Assembly: GCF_963921235.1 (NCBI RefSeq)
Contig: NC_086109.1
Coordinates: 16,494,001 to 16,558,000, forward strand
DNA: 64,000 bases
Reading direction: 5' to 3'
Source: Mobula hypostoma
Lineage: Eukaryota
Shown here: in pieces, positions 49,278 to 62,337 of the stretch
Numbering within the stretch: the first letter of the stretch is position 1
Layout: the number at the start of each line of letters is the position of its first letter
Program-made: the position numbers and the translations under genes
The notes under the pieces: generated by a model
What the model was told of the DNA's origin: nothing
The model's input: only the letters and a program-made list of their open reading frames with translations
The model's database searches: none

Positions 49278-49861
49278 CACCTCAATCTCAGCCACCAATG
49301 TTCACCACCTTCCTAAACAAAATGAGAGACTTAAGATCCAGAGATGGCCAGATGAGCATCTACTGTACTCGCCAATCACAAGTGCTATGGGCGATTAAGA
49401 TCTAGTGTCGAGATACAGATGACTACAGATGCTGGGATCTGAGCAGAAAACAAATGGCTGAAGGAACTCAGTGGGTCAGGCAGCATCTGCGGAAGCAAAG
49501 GAATCATCGACATTATGGGTTTGAAATCCTGCATCCAGACTGGGGATATAACTATGTAGGATATCTAGCCAGTATAGGTGAGGGACAGGAGCTGGCAAAT
49601 GATAACTGGATGATTAGTTCAGGTGAAGAAGGGTTAATTGACAGATGGAGGCAGCGGTGTGATTGTATGTTAGTGGGCAGCAGATCTTTGAATCAGGTTT
49701 ATTCAAGATGGAAAACAGAGATGATTGTTTGAGCAGCTATTGAGCTGAGACTTGTAAATTTGAAGGTAATAGTCCAATGCCTCTTTTCAGTTCCAAACAA
49801 ACAACTGCCTTAGACCATCAGCAGAAAATTCAGCCACTATCTATCTCAGTGGCTCACAATT

Positions 49862-50218
49862 AAGACACAAGAGAGAGGAGCAGAATTAGGCCATTCACTC
49901 CATTGAGTGTGCTCCCCCATTTGATCATGGTTGATTTATTATCCCTCTCAACTCCATTCTCATGCCTTCTCACCATTACCTTTAATGCCCTGACTAATCA
50001 AGAACCTATCAACCTCCACTTTAAATATGCCCAATGACTTGGCCTCCATAGTTGTCTGTGGCAATGAATTCCACAGATTTAGCACCCTCTGGCTAAAGAA
50101 ATTCCTCCTCGTCTCTGTTCTAAAGGGATGTCCTTCTCTTCCGAGGCTGTGCCCTTTGGCCCTAGACTCTCCCATTATTGGAAACACCTTCTCCATGTCC
50201 ACTCTATCTAAGCCTATC
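49862..50218 (-). mobile_element. CR1-like LINE 3' fragment
   Basis: Minus-strand GLDRVDMEKVFPIMGESRAKGHSL..FRTETRRNFFSQRVLNLWNSLP. Confidence 0.88.
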
Positions 50219-50266
50219 AATTTATTTGAGTGATAACATTTAGGCTATTTTTGTGCTTGCCTTTAG

Positions 50267-50382
50267 ATCCTAATGCGGCACCAACTAGCCTCTCTGGGAG
50301 GTATGTTAACAGCACTGCCATTCTATTGCAATGGAGGGGACTGCCTCAAGAAAATATCCGAGGATACCTTATAGGCTACAGG
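50267..50382 (+). CDS. NFASC: Neurofascin exon, FnIII-3 N-terminal part (116 nt; NF155-type cassette)
   Basis: ctttag|AT...AGG|gtaagt; (Y)PNAAPTSLSGRYVNSTAILLQWRGLPQENIRGYLIGYR (absent from the ORF track). Confidence 0.92.
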
Positions 50383-51435
50383 GTAAGTAGCTAGATGGCT
50401 GGTGATTTTACCCTTGAACACTACTGCCCGCAGGATGGAGCCATGCAAATGAAGCGAGATCAAGGACCAGCTTTATTCACCATGTACATTTACACGTGTG
50501 AGAAATTTGCCATGGCACAACATACAACAAAAAACAACATTCAACAATTACAAGAATAAAAAATTAATTTTTTTAAAAAGCTCAGAGGTTAAAATACTGA
50601 TATGGAATAAAATGTGCATAAATACAGAAATATCAGCATGTATTCACATTGTAAACAGCTTTATAAAATTGGTTTAAATCTTTACAGTGCAGTGGCTGAG
50701 GTAATAGGGTGTGTGTCACTAACTAGAATGGTTGATCAGATTAATTACATGGGGGAAGAAATTTTTAAGATGGCGTGAAATTTTGTTTTAATAGCCCTAT
50801 AGTGCTTTCCAGAAGGGACCTTTGGAAAAGGGAGTTTGCTGGGTGTGTAGCATCCACAATAATTTTCCTGCCCGCTTTTTTGTTCTGGACACATCCAAGA
50901 CTTGTAATAATGGTAGATTGCAGTCAATGACCTTTTCTACTGAGTTCCTCCAGCATTTTGTGTGTTTTGGCCTTTTCTGCTGACCTAACAGTTCATTGTC
51001 AGGGAATTGTATGCTGCAACACAGCAAGGGAGGCAGATTTAACAATATAGCATCAGCACTACCACCTGTAAGGCAAATCCACGGCATTATTTAAAAAAAA
51101 ACCCTCATTTGATCAGTCTTTGAATGTGGCTATCCAGCTTTAATGACAAATTAAATTGGTAAATTGAGCAACCACTCTAATGTCTGTTCTAAGCTAGATG
51201 GATTAATAATATCCAGAATATGATGCTCTCCATGCCTTCATGACTAATAATGCTCAGGGCCTCACCCAATGAAAACTCTAACTGACCACCTACTTTCTCC
51301 AATGAGGTCTCTGAATTGGAGTAGGTGAAGTGACATGGTTGAGTCATAGAATCATAAAGAGGTACAACTAAGAGTCCATACTGACTATCAGCAATGCATT
51401 TACAATAATCTTGCAGAGATTCCATTCTCCAGATA

Positions 51436-51938
51436 CACTCAGAGGCCACTTTATTAGGTACAGGAGTGGTATCCAGTGTGGTCTTCTTTTGCTGTAGCCC
51501 ATCCACCAAGCTCCGCCAGGTTGTGCATTCAGAGAAGCTCTTCTGCACACCACTTCGTAACACATGGTTATTTGAGTTACTGTCACATTCTAATCAACTT
51601 GATCCAGTCTGGCCTCTCTCATTAACAAGGCCTTTTTGCTAACAGAACTGCCCTCACTGGATGTTTTTCTGTTTTTTGCACCATTCTCTGTCAACTCCAG
51701 AGAGAGCTGTGTGTGAAAATCCTTAGAGATCAACAGTTTCTGAGATACTCAAATCACCCCATCTGGCACCAACAACTATTCCACGGTCAAAGTCACTTAG
51801 ATCACATTTCTTCCCCATACTGAATTTTTTACAGCAACTGAACCTCTTGACCATGTCCATTGAGATGCTGCCACTTGATTGGTTGATTAGATATTTGCAT
51901 TAATGAGCAGGTGTACCTAATAAAGTGGCCACTAAACA
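51436..51938 (-). mobile_element. Tc1-like non-autonomous element, both ends present
   Basis: cactcagaggccactttattaggtac ... gtacctaataaagtggccact. Confidence 0.87.
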
Positions 51939-53082
51939 TACGTATGCTATCACATCCCTCCAGGTTCTACCACACACACCAAGGGGTGATTTACAGCCTC
52001 CAATTAACTTATCAAACGCATATCCTTGGGATGTGGAAGGAAACTGGAACACCCAGGAAACCCACTTAGTCAGTAGGACAATGTGTAAACTCCAGGCAGA
52101 CAGCAGCAGAGGTCAGGATTGAACCCAGGTCTCTAGAGCTGTGGTTTGTTCCCTTTCCAGACCTTGTGGTGCTTCAGGTGGTAAGCTTGCCATTTCCTTA
52201 GCATTTGTCTTCGAGGCTCATCCCAGCATGGTTAGAGGAGCCATCCGGATTCGAACCCAAGACCATTCGCCTCAAGGTCCAGTGCTGATGCCACTATACC
52301 ACCAGCCAGTTTGAGCCATGAACCACCAGTTTTGTTCCATTTGCACCACTGTGCTGCCCTTGGTGAGGACTTGGCAGCAACTGGGAATTGTCATTGCAGC
52401 CATGTACAGATATTTACCCATGGGGTGTGGATAGAGGAGAAGATGGGCCTGAAGGAATGTATTCTGCCCTTGGTCCCTGCTTTTTTACCCAGTTAAAACT
52501 GATTCCCTTACAGATTTTAAAGCCATAACTCTTAGCAATGGTCATTATGAATAAATTGTCAGCTTAAATCAATTCAAATTTCTTAAAATATCTAAAGATC
52601 AGTAAGTCTTTGCTGTCAGGCATTGTAAGGTCACCTGAGCCCCCTGATAAAAATTTGAAAGAAAGCTCACATGTACACCAAAATATTGGAATATACAGTA
52701 AAATATGTTGTTTTGTAAATTGTGTTGGGGGCAGCCTACAAGTGTCACCAAGCCTCCAGTGCTCACCATCCTCACAACTTGCTAACCGTAACCGGTGATT
52801 CTTTGGAATGTGAGGGGAAGCCTATATTTACATGTGGAGAGCATACAAATGCCTTCTGGACAGCGGTGGGAATCCGGACCTGATCAGTGATTGCTGGTGC
52901 CGTCAAGCAACTGCGCTAACTGCCATGCTGCCGTGCCACAACCTTACTCTTACTTACTGTCTGATAACGTATACCTTGTATACATTTGGGATCGCTCATC
53001 CTTGCGACGGACTTCATTCTCACTGTGTTCATCCTATCACAGAAAGAAGGGACAATCTGACTGAGACTCTTCTTGTGTGCAG

Positions 53083-53287
53083 ATTCAGTACTGGAACGAG
53101 GGAAGTCTGCTAAAGTCCACCCGATACCGGTCACGCGTGGAGGTTATGGACTCGGCCGGGCAGCGCCCGCGTGCCGTTGTCTCGGGACTGCAGCCGTACA
53201 GTATGTACAAGCTGCAAGTGGCAGCAGTCAACGGCAGAGGCGCTGGTCCTTGGAGTGAGGTGTTTGCGATTAACACCACCGAAGGAG
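53083..53287 (+). CDS. NFASC: Neurofascin exon, FnIII-3 C-terminal part (205 nt; NF155-type cassette)
   Basis: gtgcag|ATT...GGAG|gtaggt; IQYWNEGSLLKS...GLQPYSMYKLQVAAVNGRGAGPWSEVFAINTTEG. Confidence 0.94.
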
Positions 53288-53457
53288 GTAGGTGATGACT
53301 TTGCCCAGAATTTTCTGCTTCGTGCATGTTGTGTCTACAACGTAGACTGATCATACTGAGTAAGTAGAGTGACGACCTTCTGTCCCTGCAGGTGACCATA
53401 TGTGTGTAGCGTAGAAAGTGTTTAGTTTGGTCTTAGTACAATAAAACACTGACGATG

Positions 53458-53481
53458 TACGGTACTGCGCAAAAGTCTTGG

Positions 53482-53527
<46 letters not shown>

Positions 53528-53885
53528 ACACACATACACAGACACACACACACATATAGCTAGGGTGCGTCCGACTTTTGCACAGTACTGTATTGGTCAA
53601 CATGAAGTGGAGAGCGAGTCTATAAATCTAGTGGGAGCAAAGGGTATTGGGAATGTCAAGGGAGGGGTGTGGGACAGGTGGCAGAGGAGTGCCAAGGATG
53701 GGGAGTAGCGTGGGTACAGACACCATCCCCACCCCCCCCCCCCGAGTCACCAGGTAAGGTCATTTCATTCCAAACAATTGGTCTATTGATCATTACAGAA
53801 TGTCGCTCTGGCGCTTCCCACTCCCTCCCCCTTTTCCCAACCATGATTCCCCTTCCCGCTCTCAATCCCATATCAGAATCAGGTT
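53458..53885. mobile_element. Second copy of the composite Tc1-type MITE, with a (CA)n expansion
   Basis: cggtactgcgcaaaagtcttgggcac-(CA)n-atatagctagggtgc..gacttttgcacagtactg, then a body homologous to 43370-43690. Confidence 0.75.
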
Positions 53886-53985
53886 TATCACCACTCACAT
53901 CCATCATGCAGTTTTAATTTTTTTTTGTGGCAGCAGTACATGCTGTAGTGCATGGTTATTTGAGTTACTGCCACTTTCCTGTCAG

Positions 53986-55387
53986 AATGGGAATCAAAAT
54001 CAGATTTAGTATCACTGGCATATGTTGTGAAATGTGTTAATTTTACAGCAGCAGTACAGTGAAATACATGATAAATAAATATAGAGGGAAAAAAGCTGAG
54101 TTACATTAACTATATATATGTGTCTATTAGATAGTTCAGTTAAAATAAGTAATGCAAAATAACAGAATTAAGAAAGTAGTGAGGTTGTGTTCATGGGTTC
54201 ATGTCCATTTAGAAATCGGTTGGCAGAGGGGAAGAAGCTGTTCCTGAATCACTGAGTGTGTGCTTTCAGGCTTCTGTACCTCTTTCCCAATGGTAACAAT
54301 CTGAAGGGGGCATGCCCTGGATGGTGGGGATCCTTAGTGATGGACGCTGCCTTCCTAAGGCACCACTCCTTGAAGATGTCTTGGATACTATGACGGCTGG
54401 TGCCCATGCTAGAGCTGACTAATGTTACAAATTTCTACAACTTATTTCGATCTTGAGCAGTAGCCCACCCCCACCCCCTATACCTGATGGTGATGCAGCC
54501 AGTCAGAATGCTCTCAACGGTACTTTTGTAGAAGTTTTTGAGTGTTTGAATTGACAAACCAAATTTCCTAAACTCCTAATGAAATATAGCCACTGTCTTG
54601 CCTTCTTTATAGTTGCAGGTAAGGCTTATTGTGTCCAGGTTAGATACTCAGAAATATTAACATCCAGGAACTTGAAATTGCTCACTCTCTCCACTTCTGA
54701 TCCTTCATCTTACCCTTCCTAAAGACCACGATCATCTCTTTGGTTTTACTGACATTGAGTGCAAGGTTGTTGCTGTAACACCGCTCAACTAACTGGTATA
54801 TCTCGCTCTTTTACATCCTTTCGTCACCATCTGAAATTCTGCTGACAATGGTGGTATCATCAGCAAATTTATAGATGATGTTTGAGCTATGCCTAGCCAC
54901 ACAGTCATGGGTGTAGAGAGAAGAGCAGTGGGCTAAGCACACATCCTTGTGGAGCGCCAGTGATGATTGTCAGCGAGGTGGAGATGTTATTTCCAATCTG
55001 CATAGATTGTGGCCTTCCAGTTAGGAAGTCGAGGATCCATTTGCAGAGGGAGGTACAGATGCCGAGGTTCTGTAGCTTTTTGATCAAAAATGTGGGAATG
55101 AAGGTGTTAAATGCTGAGCTATAGTCAATAAACAGCACCTTGACAGGTATTTGCATTGTGGAGAGCCATTGAGATCACATCTGCTGTAGACCTATTGTGA
55201 CATTAGGCAAATTGCAGTGGGTCCAGGTCCTTCCTGGGATAGGACTTGATTCTAGCCATGACCAACCGCTCAAAGTATTTCATCATCACAGATGTGAGTG
55301 CTACTGGACAACAGTCATTGAGGCAGCTCACACTGCTCTTCTTGTACACTGGTATAATTGTTGCTGCCCTTTTGAAGCAGGTAGGAC
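53986..55387 (-). mobile_element. Decayed Rex1/Babar-like LINE splitting a Tc1-like MITE (53940-53985 and 55388-55717)
   Basis: [65 protein letters not shown]. Confidence 0.88.
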
Positions 55388-56416
55388 CAGCTTGAACCAG
55401 TCTGGCCATTCTCCTCTGCCCTCTGAAATGAAGGTGCTCAATGAAGGTTTTCGTTTTTTGCACCTTTCTCTGTAAACTCTAGAGACTTTTGTGTGTGAGA
55501 ATCCCAGGAGATGAGCAGTTTCTGAGATACTCAAACCACCTCATCTGGCAGCAACAATAATTTCACAATCAAAGACACTTAGATCACATTTCTCCTGCAT
55601 TCTGACATTTAGTCTGTACCTCTTGGCCATGTCTATGTATTGAATTGCTGCCCCATGATTGGCTGATTAGATATTTGCATTAATGAGCTAGTGTACCAAA
55701 TAAAGTGGCCACTGAGTACACTACCTCAGTGTTAAAAAATGCCAAAAATTTGGGTAGTGGTTCAGTGGATGTTGATTCCCATACCTCCATTGGCTCCCTG
55801 ATTCTTGGTCTCTCTTTAGTACCCTGGGAGGGTCCCTAAGGGCCCTCATTCAAATGTTTCTTCTGACACACTGGGTTAATGGCATAATTTTGCTCCTATT
55901 TCTTATGGTTTTATGGTCTGTCTTCCATTGCTTCATGTTTGGATCTCTGAGAAACATGTTTATTGCTATTGTTTGCAGCTGATTACTGCGATCAGTCAAT
56001 GAGCCAGTGATTGTTGTATCAAGGTAGAATGTTATCTTGGAGTACCTTCTTTCATTTCTCATTATTTTGATTTTGTGTAATCTACTTACAATCCTTTCCA
56101 CACCTCACTTCTAAGATCTTTCTACACGGGCATTTGGTGACAAAGTTTTATCCTTGTCTGTAGCCTGGTCAGAGAATGAAATTCCCCCATGAATTGACAA
56201 TTTACGTTGACATTCCCCCAAAAGGACAAAGGTCGTACCTTCAGATGGCTGGGAAATTGCCATTGCAATTTTTATTACAGATGCTGCTGGTGTGTGGGTC
56301 ATCTCACAGAATTCCCCTTTTGGTTAGATCATATATTTCTGCATCCTGCTGTTGCGGCAAGCTGCTGGAAGAGAGAGCCAATAACATCAAGAGAATCTAG
56401 GAGTGTTTCTCTAAAG

Positions 56417-56498
56417 TTGGGGTTCCCAACCTGGAGTCCACAGATCTCTCGGTTACTGGTAGGGGTCCACAGCATAAACAATGGTTGGGAACCCCCTG
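56417..56498. mobile_element. hAT-type mini MITE, same family as 20472-20536 and about 24603-24658
   Basis: ggggttcccaacc..ggttgggaaccccctg; flanks ctctaaag/tcctaaag. Confidence 0.65.
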
Positions 56499-56524
56499 TC
56501 CTAAAGAATGCAAAGGAGATACTC

Positions 56525-56801
56525 TGCCATGGACAGTCACAAGCGCAACTGCGAAAGGAGGAGTGTTGGGTATGGGACTAGCAACTCTATCCCTTTAAAA
56601 CTCCAGCCTACAGAAATGCCAACAGAAGCTCCATAAACCTCATTCCTGGGAAAGGAAAGATCTTCACCTATAAGCCATTCTGTATGATGTTGTGAGGTGA
56701 AAGCAGAAGCTACGGGATTTGGGCCAGGACAGAGGACTCTGGCGAACTGTTGTCGGCAGCCTATGCCTCAGTAGTGGTGATGATCTTAAGAAGAAGAAGA
56801 A
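56525..56801 (+). mobile_element. Short RTE-related non-autonomous element with (GAA)n tail
   Basis: gttgggtatgggactagcaact 5' motif; QDRGLWRTVVGSLC RTE-like terminus; aagaagaagaagaa tail. Confidence 0.6.
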
Positions 56802-57499
56802 TGGAAAAGAAAAATAAGTGTAATGCTCCAGTTAAGGTTTTTACTGCTAATACTGTAGGGTATTTCATTTAGTAGTTTTCTATAGAGGCAATGCGTCCTG
56901 CTCATGGCACGTTTGGTTTTGGGTAAAGATAAAAGGCTGTGATGTTCACAGCTTAGGGATATTGTGTCAGCCAATCAGGAGGATAAGGTTCAAGAGAAAG
57001 CTGGGCAGAGAGAGATTTGTGACGGACACTGGTAGGGCTCGTAGTCTTTTCGCCAGGAGCTACATAGAGGACAGGAGGGAAGCTGGCTGAGGATGCCATG
57101 GGAAGGAGCGTCCCTGTTGCATGAGGTGCTTTGTGCTCATGAATGGCTCTAAGGAGGAAGGGCCAATACTCCAGAGAGAGCACCCGTTTGTTCAAGATGG
57201 ACTTCCAGCAGCATTTCGGGATGTAGTGTGTGTATTCACGCAGACCATGGTCCAGCGCATAAGTGAAAAGGACAACTTCAGGATGAGTTCTAACTTTACG
57301 TGCACATTTGGACTGGGTTAAATGTAATGGGCCCTTGTATATTTTTTTCCTTTTATTTTTTCCTACTAACTGTTCAATAAGGCCGAAATTTGTAAATATA
57401 ATTAAGAGAAATTCTGCAAATGCTGGAAATCCAAGCAACATGCACAAAATGCTGGAGCAACTCAGCAGGCCAGGCAGCATCTATGGAAAAGAGCTGAGG

Positions 57500-57813
57500 A
57501 GTCTGGATAGTCAGAGGCTTTTTCCCAGGGCTGAAATGGCTGCCACAAGAGGGCACAGGTTGAAGGTGCTTGGGAGTAGGTACAGAGGCGATGTCAGGGG
57601 TAAGTTTTTTACGCAGAGGTGGTGAGTGCATGGAATGGACTGACAGCAACGGTGGTGGAGGCGGATACAAAAGGGTCTTTTAAGAGACTCCTGGATAGGT
57701 ACGTGGAGCTTAGAAAAATAGAGGGCTATGGGGAAGTCTAGTAATTTCAAGTTGTTCGGCACAACTTTGTGGGCTGAAGGGCCTGTATTGTGCTGTAGGT
57801 TTACTATGTTTCT
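57500..57813 (+). mobile_element. CR1-like LINE 3' fragment
   Basis: LDSQRLFPRAEMAATRGHRLKVLGSRYRGDVRGKFFTQR. Confidence 0.85.
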
Positions 57814-59714
57814 ATGAGTCAGAGACCTCATCTTGACTCCTCATCTCTTTTTTTCCAGTCATGATGAAGAGTCTTGGCTCGAAATGTCGACTGATAGATG
57901 CTGCCTGCCCTGCTGTGTAATTTTTAAATATACTTTCTTCTTTGTGTGGTGTGCAGTCTGTTATTTCTTGACGACTGACAATTATGTACGGTCAGTACTT
58001 ACACAGTATTCGCTCAAATCGAGATTTCTTTAATTGGAACATCATGACGTGCCTGTTTGGTTGAACCCCAAGTCATACCGACCGTAGACCCTTGTTGTTT
58101 ATGAAAGGTGACCTTTTCACCGCCGAGTCCGTTGGCTGTTAGTGGGGCTGGCATCGAGCCAAGTTTCCATATAAGCTCGGAGAGGGGGGGCTTGGGGGCT
58201 TCACAAGAGAGGAGGAAAAAGGGAGAATTAATGCCAAATTGGAAATACATTGGGGGAATAAAAGGGAGAAATTAAAAACAAAATAGGAATTATAAAAATC
58301 ACAAAAGAAAAGTGAGAAAGAAGTGTATTTAACATAAAAACAGAAAATACTGGAAACACTCATCAGATGTGACAGCATCTGCGGAAAGGAAAATTTGTAA
58401 ATCTTTCATGTAAAGGAATGTTCAATAGAATATGTTTTGTTTTTATTTCAGATATCCAGCATCTGTTATTTAGTTTGCTTCTCATGGAAATTTATTTGCA
58501 GAGTTAGAAAACAGGTGGCAACAATTTATCACCTACAGAAGTGTACTCCACTTCCAAGCAGTATCTATGGAGGGGAATAAATTGTCGACATTTCGAGGCA
58601 AGACCCATCATCGGGTCTCGGCCCGAATCGTTGACTATTTATTCACCTCCATAGGTGCTGCCCGACCTGCTGAGTTCCTCCAGCATTTTGTGTGTGTTGC
58701 TCTGGGTTTCCAGCATCTGCAGAATCCCTTGTGATTATGTATCCCACTTTAGTTGTGCTTTTTCTCAGTTGAGTGGTCTGTCAGGAACACCCAATGTCAG
58801 TATATGAGCCCTTACTTCATAAATACTAGTACTAATCTCATTTTAACCCTTCAGAATGCACCAGTGCCTTGATACCCATGGAAATGTTGACAGTGACCAC
58901 TTGCTTCTGTGAGCAACGTGAACCAACCAGCAGTTTGTGCTGGTTAACCAGATCATGGCCAGTCACCACAAGTTGTTTGCTTACTTAACCACAATCGATG
59001 ACGTGCACTTTTCAGTTCTGAGCCACCACATTTGCTTAACGAAGCAGCAGAGCCTGGCTGATTTTGATGCGATTCTATTCAGCTGAGTGAAGGTCAGGAA
59101 GCATCGATAGCAACAGAGGTTTCCACTCCACTGGATTACTGCTCAGGCAGTGACGTCAACAAACATGACACACAAAAACATTTAAAGCTGCTGCACATTT
59201 TACTTTGCTATATGAAATATTTTGTCTTCGAGAAGGAAGTGAAAAGAATGGCCAGTACTATTTTGATAAAAACGAAGCAATGGAAGTCAGATAGATTAAT
59301 TAATTATATATAATTTATATAAATTAAAAATATTACTTAAATTTATATAAATTAATACTTTATACACACACACGCACACACGCACACACACACACATATA
59401 TATATACATATATATTTAAGGGTCTCAGTTCGAAATGTCAACTGTTTATTCCTCTCAGTGCCTGACCTGAAATTCCCCAGCATTTTCTGTGTGCTGCTTT
59501 GGATTTCCAACATCTTCAGCATCTCTTGTGTTCATGGGCAATTACATGCCGGACTAGCTTGGAAATTCACATTCTTTGAATGCAAATATAACTAAAAAAA
59601 GTAAGGGTTGGATTCTACTGAATGTCAGTATATGGAATCGGCAGTAAAGATTTATCTTTTATGAGCTGCCTTATATCTTTCCCGATTCACATTCCTGTCC
59701 AATTTCTCTCACAG

Positions 59715-59837
59715 TGCCTGGGAAGCCACATTCCCTCAGGATCCGGCAACCGGATTTGGAAACCATTACGTTGCAATGGACTCACCCACGGGATCCAAAT
59801 GGGATTATCACGGGCTACACAATAAACTACCACCCCT
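59715..59837 (+). CDS. NFASC: Neurofascin exon, FnIII-4 N-terminal part (123 nt)
   Basis: ctcacag|TG...CCCT|gtatgt; PGKPHSLRIRQPDLETITLQWTHPRDPNGIITGYTINYHP. Confidence 0.94.
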
Positions 59838-61221
59838 GTATGTATCCTGAGTATTCTCCAATTTGATCTTAAGTGTATATAAAGCAAAACAGATGTACAA
59901 AAACTGCAATGTGAAATTAAAATGTATTTGTTGTATATTCTGCACAGCTGTAGCACACCACTGATGAGCACTCTTTCTGAGAGTTTATTATTACACTATT
60001 TAGTTTGAAGTGACTTGATTCTTGCCACAGAAATGTTGAAGGATTATTGCTGCAGGAATATAATCGTTCTGCTGCCTTTATTTTGATTCCTTTGTCCTTT
60101 GTAAGTGTAATTTGGGGCTATAGGAAGTGACAAGGAGGGGTGAGCCTGCCAAAGGTGAGATTTCTGGTCTGTTTGCTTACTGAAGATAAAATCTTGTCCA
60201 GGTAAAATTATTTTCCCTGTACTTGTGCCGGTTAGAGTGTAAAGTCTAATTGCAAACAACAATTAGTCGGCTGGTAGGACCACAGCGGTTGCCAGTAGCG
60301 GCACAGAACAGTGAATCAGAATCAGGTTTACCATCACTGACACAGGTTGTGAATTTGTTGTTTGTGCAATGCAATGCACAAAATTGCTACAGTGTTGCAA
60401 AATAGATAAATAGTGCAAAGGATAAATCATGAGACAGAGCTCATTATTCAACACCTTTCCATTTCTATCACATCTGGTGCCATCGATCTCAAGCTTTTGA
60501 GATGGTTCATCAGTTAGCGGCCCAAAACAAGCCAGAGACCAGTAATATTGGTGTTTCTGTTGGGATTGTAACCACATCTGTTTCTTCCCCATTGCCTATC
60601 CACCCTCCACAATCTCTTCTGTCTCTACCAGAATGGGAAGAGGCAAGTGGTGGTGATCCCAGTAGGATATTACCAGGTGTCTCAAAGCTAGAAGGGTTTT
60701 ATGTTGGTCTACCTTTAGCAAAGATTATTTTCAATCTAGGCATTTGCCCAAGTCCAGGGAAACCTTGGGAACTTGATGGAAATCTCCTACAATCCAAATC
60801 TCCCTTAGTTTATGGGTTCATGGGCCATTCAGTAATCTGAGCAATGAAGGGAAAAAATGACGGTTAAATCAGTAAATGGAACCAGTGGGCATTGATGTGC
60901 CAGTAATGGTCAGAACCGAGGCAACGTTGCCAAGCAAATAATAAATGAATATTGGGATTACACCAAATAGAAACTGTTTTCTTCTATTTCATCTTTGATT
61001 GGACTTGAAAATTAGTTTATTGGACACAACTTAGGAAACTGCCCTGGAAATACAAGTTCTTTCTGTCTTTCTGAAATGGCACTAGTGAGTGGTGGCGTGA
61101 ATACGGGAAGGTTAGTTGTTCTGTGGTAGACAATGAAGAATCATCAAAGGTGATTAAGATTTTGATGCATATGTAGTTATCACATATATATCAGAACAAG
61201 TGCATTGTCTGCATCGGAGCA

Positions 61222-61678
61222 GGGGCAGCACGGTAGTGTAGTGGTTAGCACGGTGCTTTACAGTACCGGAGGCTCAGGTTCAATTCCTTACGCTGCCATG
61301 ACCGCAGGGGTTTCCCCCGGTCACTCCAGTTTCCTTCCAGACTCCTGAGTAAATTGTCCCGAGTTTAGATTTAGGCAATGGTTAAGTGGGTGGGTTGCCA
61401 TGGGCAGCATGGCTTGAAGGGCTGGAAGAACCTACTCCATGCTGCATCTCAATAAAGAGCAGCCTGCATGTGTCAACATGCTTCCTACACCAACATAGCA
61501 TAGTAACCCTAATCTGTACGTCCTCAGAATGTGGGATGAAACCGGAGCATCCAGAGGAAACCCACGCTGTCATGGGAGAACATACCAACTCCTTACAGAC
61601 GCGGTGGAATTGAACCCCAATGTTACTTACAACCGGTGCTGTAATAATGTTACGCTAACCACTTCACTACTGTGCTGC
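61222..61678. mobile_element. Two tRNA-SINE copies in convergent orientation
   Basis: + head ggggcagcacggtagtgtagtggttagc at 61222; minus-strand head ending gctaaccacttcactactgtgctgc near 61678. Confidence 0.7.
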
Positions 61679-61775
61679 ACATCAATTGGTTTAGCTCTTC
61701 ATAATAGTTAAACATGGATTTTACAACATCAACTACCACGAGAACTGTTGACCTCACTTCCTTTATTTTGTTTAG

Positions 61776-61952
61776 TAACTGGCTCCCGGGCAAGGCGCAA
61801 TTCCACAATTCCCAGACTTCCGCCTGACGTGACTAGTTACAAGCTGGAACGGGTTGATGCGAATACCAGGTACAGGTTTTACGTCTTCGCTCACACCAGT
61901 CAAGGTAAAGGAGAGGCAATTGTGCTGGACTCGCCCCTCTTTGAAAATGAAG
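61776..61952 (+). CDS. NFASC: Neurofascin exon, FnIII-4 C-terminal part (177 nt)
   Basis: tgtttag|TA...GAAG|gtaaga; TGSRARRNSTIPRLPPDVTSYKLERVDANTRYRFYVFAHTSQGKGEAIVLDSPLFENE. Confidence 0.93.
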
Positions 61953-62337
61953 GTAAGAGAGCATGGCCTGTTCAGTCTGATTAAATACCACAGTGCCTCC
62001 TTCAGGTATGAAGCAGACACCACACTATTCAGAGCAGATTGCATCGTAGATAAAGAGTGGGAAGAAAGAGATTATGAATGCAATGCTTGTAGGCAGATTA
62101 GCGTCTGAAGAAAACAGCAACGTTCATGTAGTAGAAGGCACTGAAAAGACAAAAAATGTCCTCTGAAGACACATTAAAATCCCTCGGTACTATTGGCTCA
62201 ACTCTTCGCCTCACCTTCCCCACCAAATGCACACAACATACACCTATGCACACCTTAAATGGGCCGTGCACAGTTTACTCCCTTTACGCTCTGTGCATGT
62301 GCATGGTCCTTCCCAACCTGGAATCAGCAAGTTACTG

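Noticed and set aside
53110..53140. Furin site in FnIII-3 (KSTRYRSR), as in L1/NrCAM
   Set aside because: No R-X-X-R spacing.
59295..59415. AT-rich palindromes and (CA)/(TA) tract as a structured element
   Set aside because: Explained by simple low-complexity slippage.
60502..60840. S/T/P-rich ORF as the neurofascin PAT domain
   Set aside because: It lies between the two halves of FnIII-4, whereas PAT follows FnIII-4; no convincing splice sites.
3230..61952. NRCAM, L1CAM or CHL1 identity for the gene
   Set aside because: [37 protein letters not shown] and QQKNP match neurofascin specifically.
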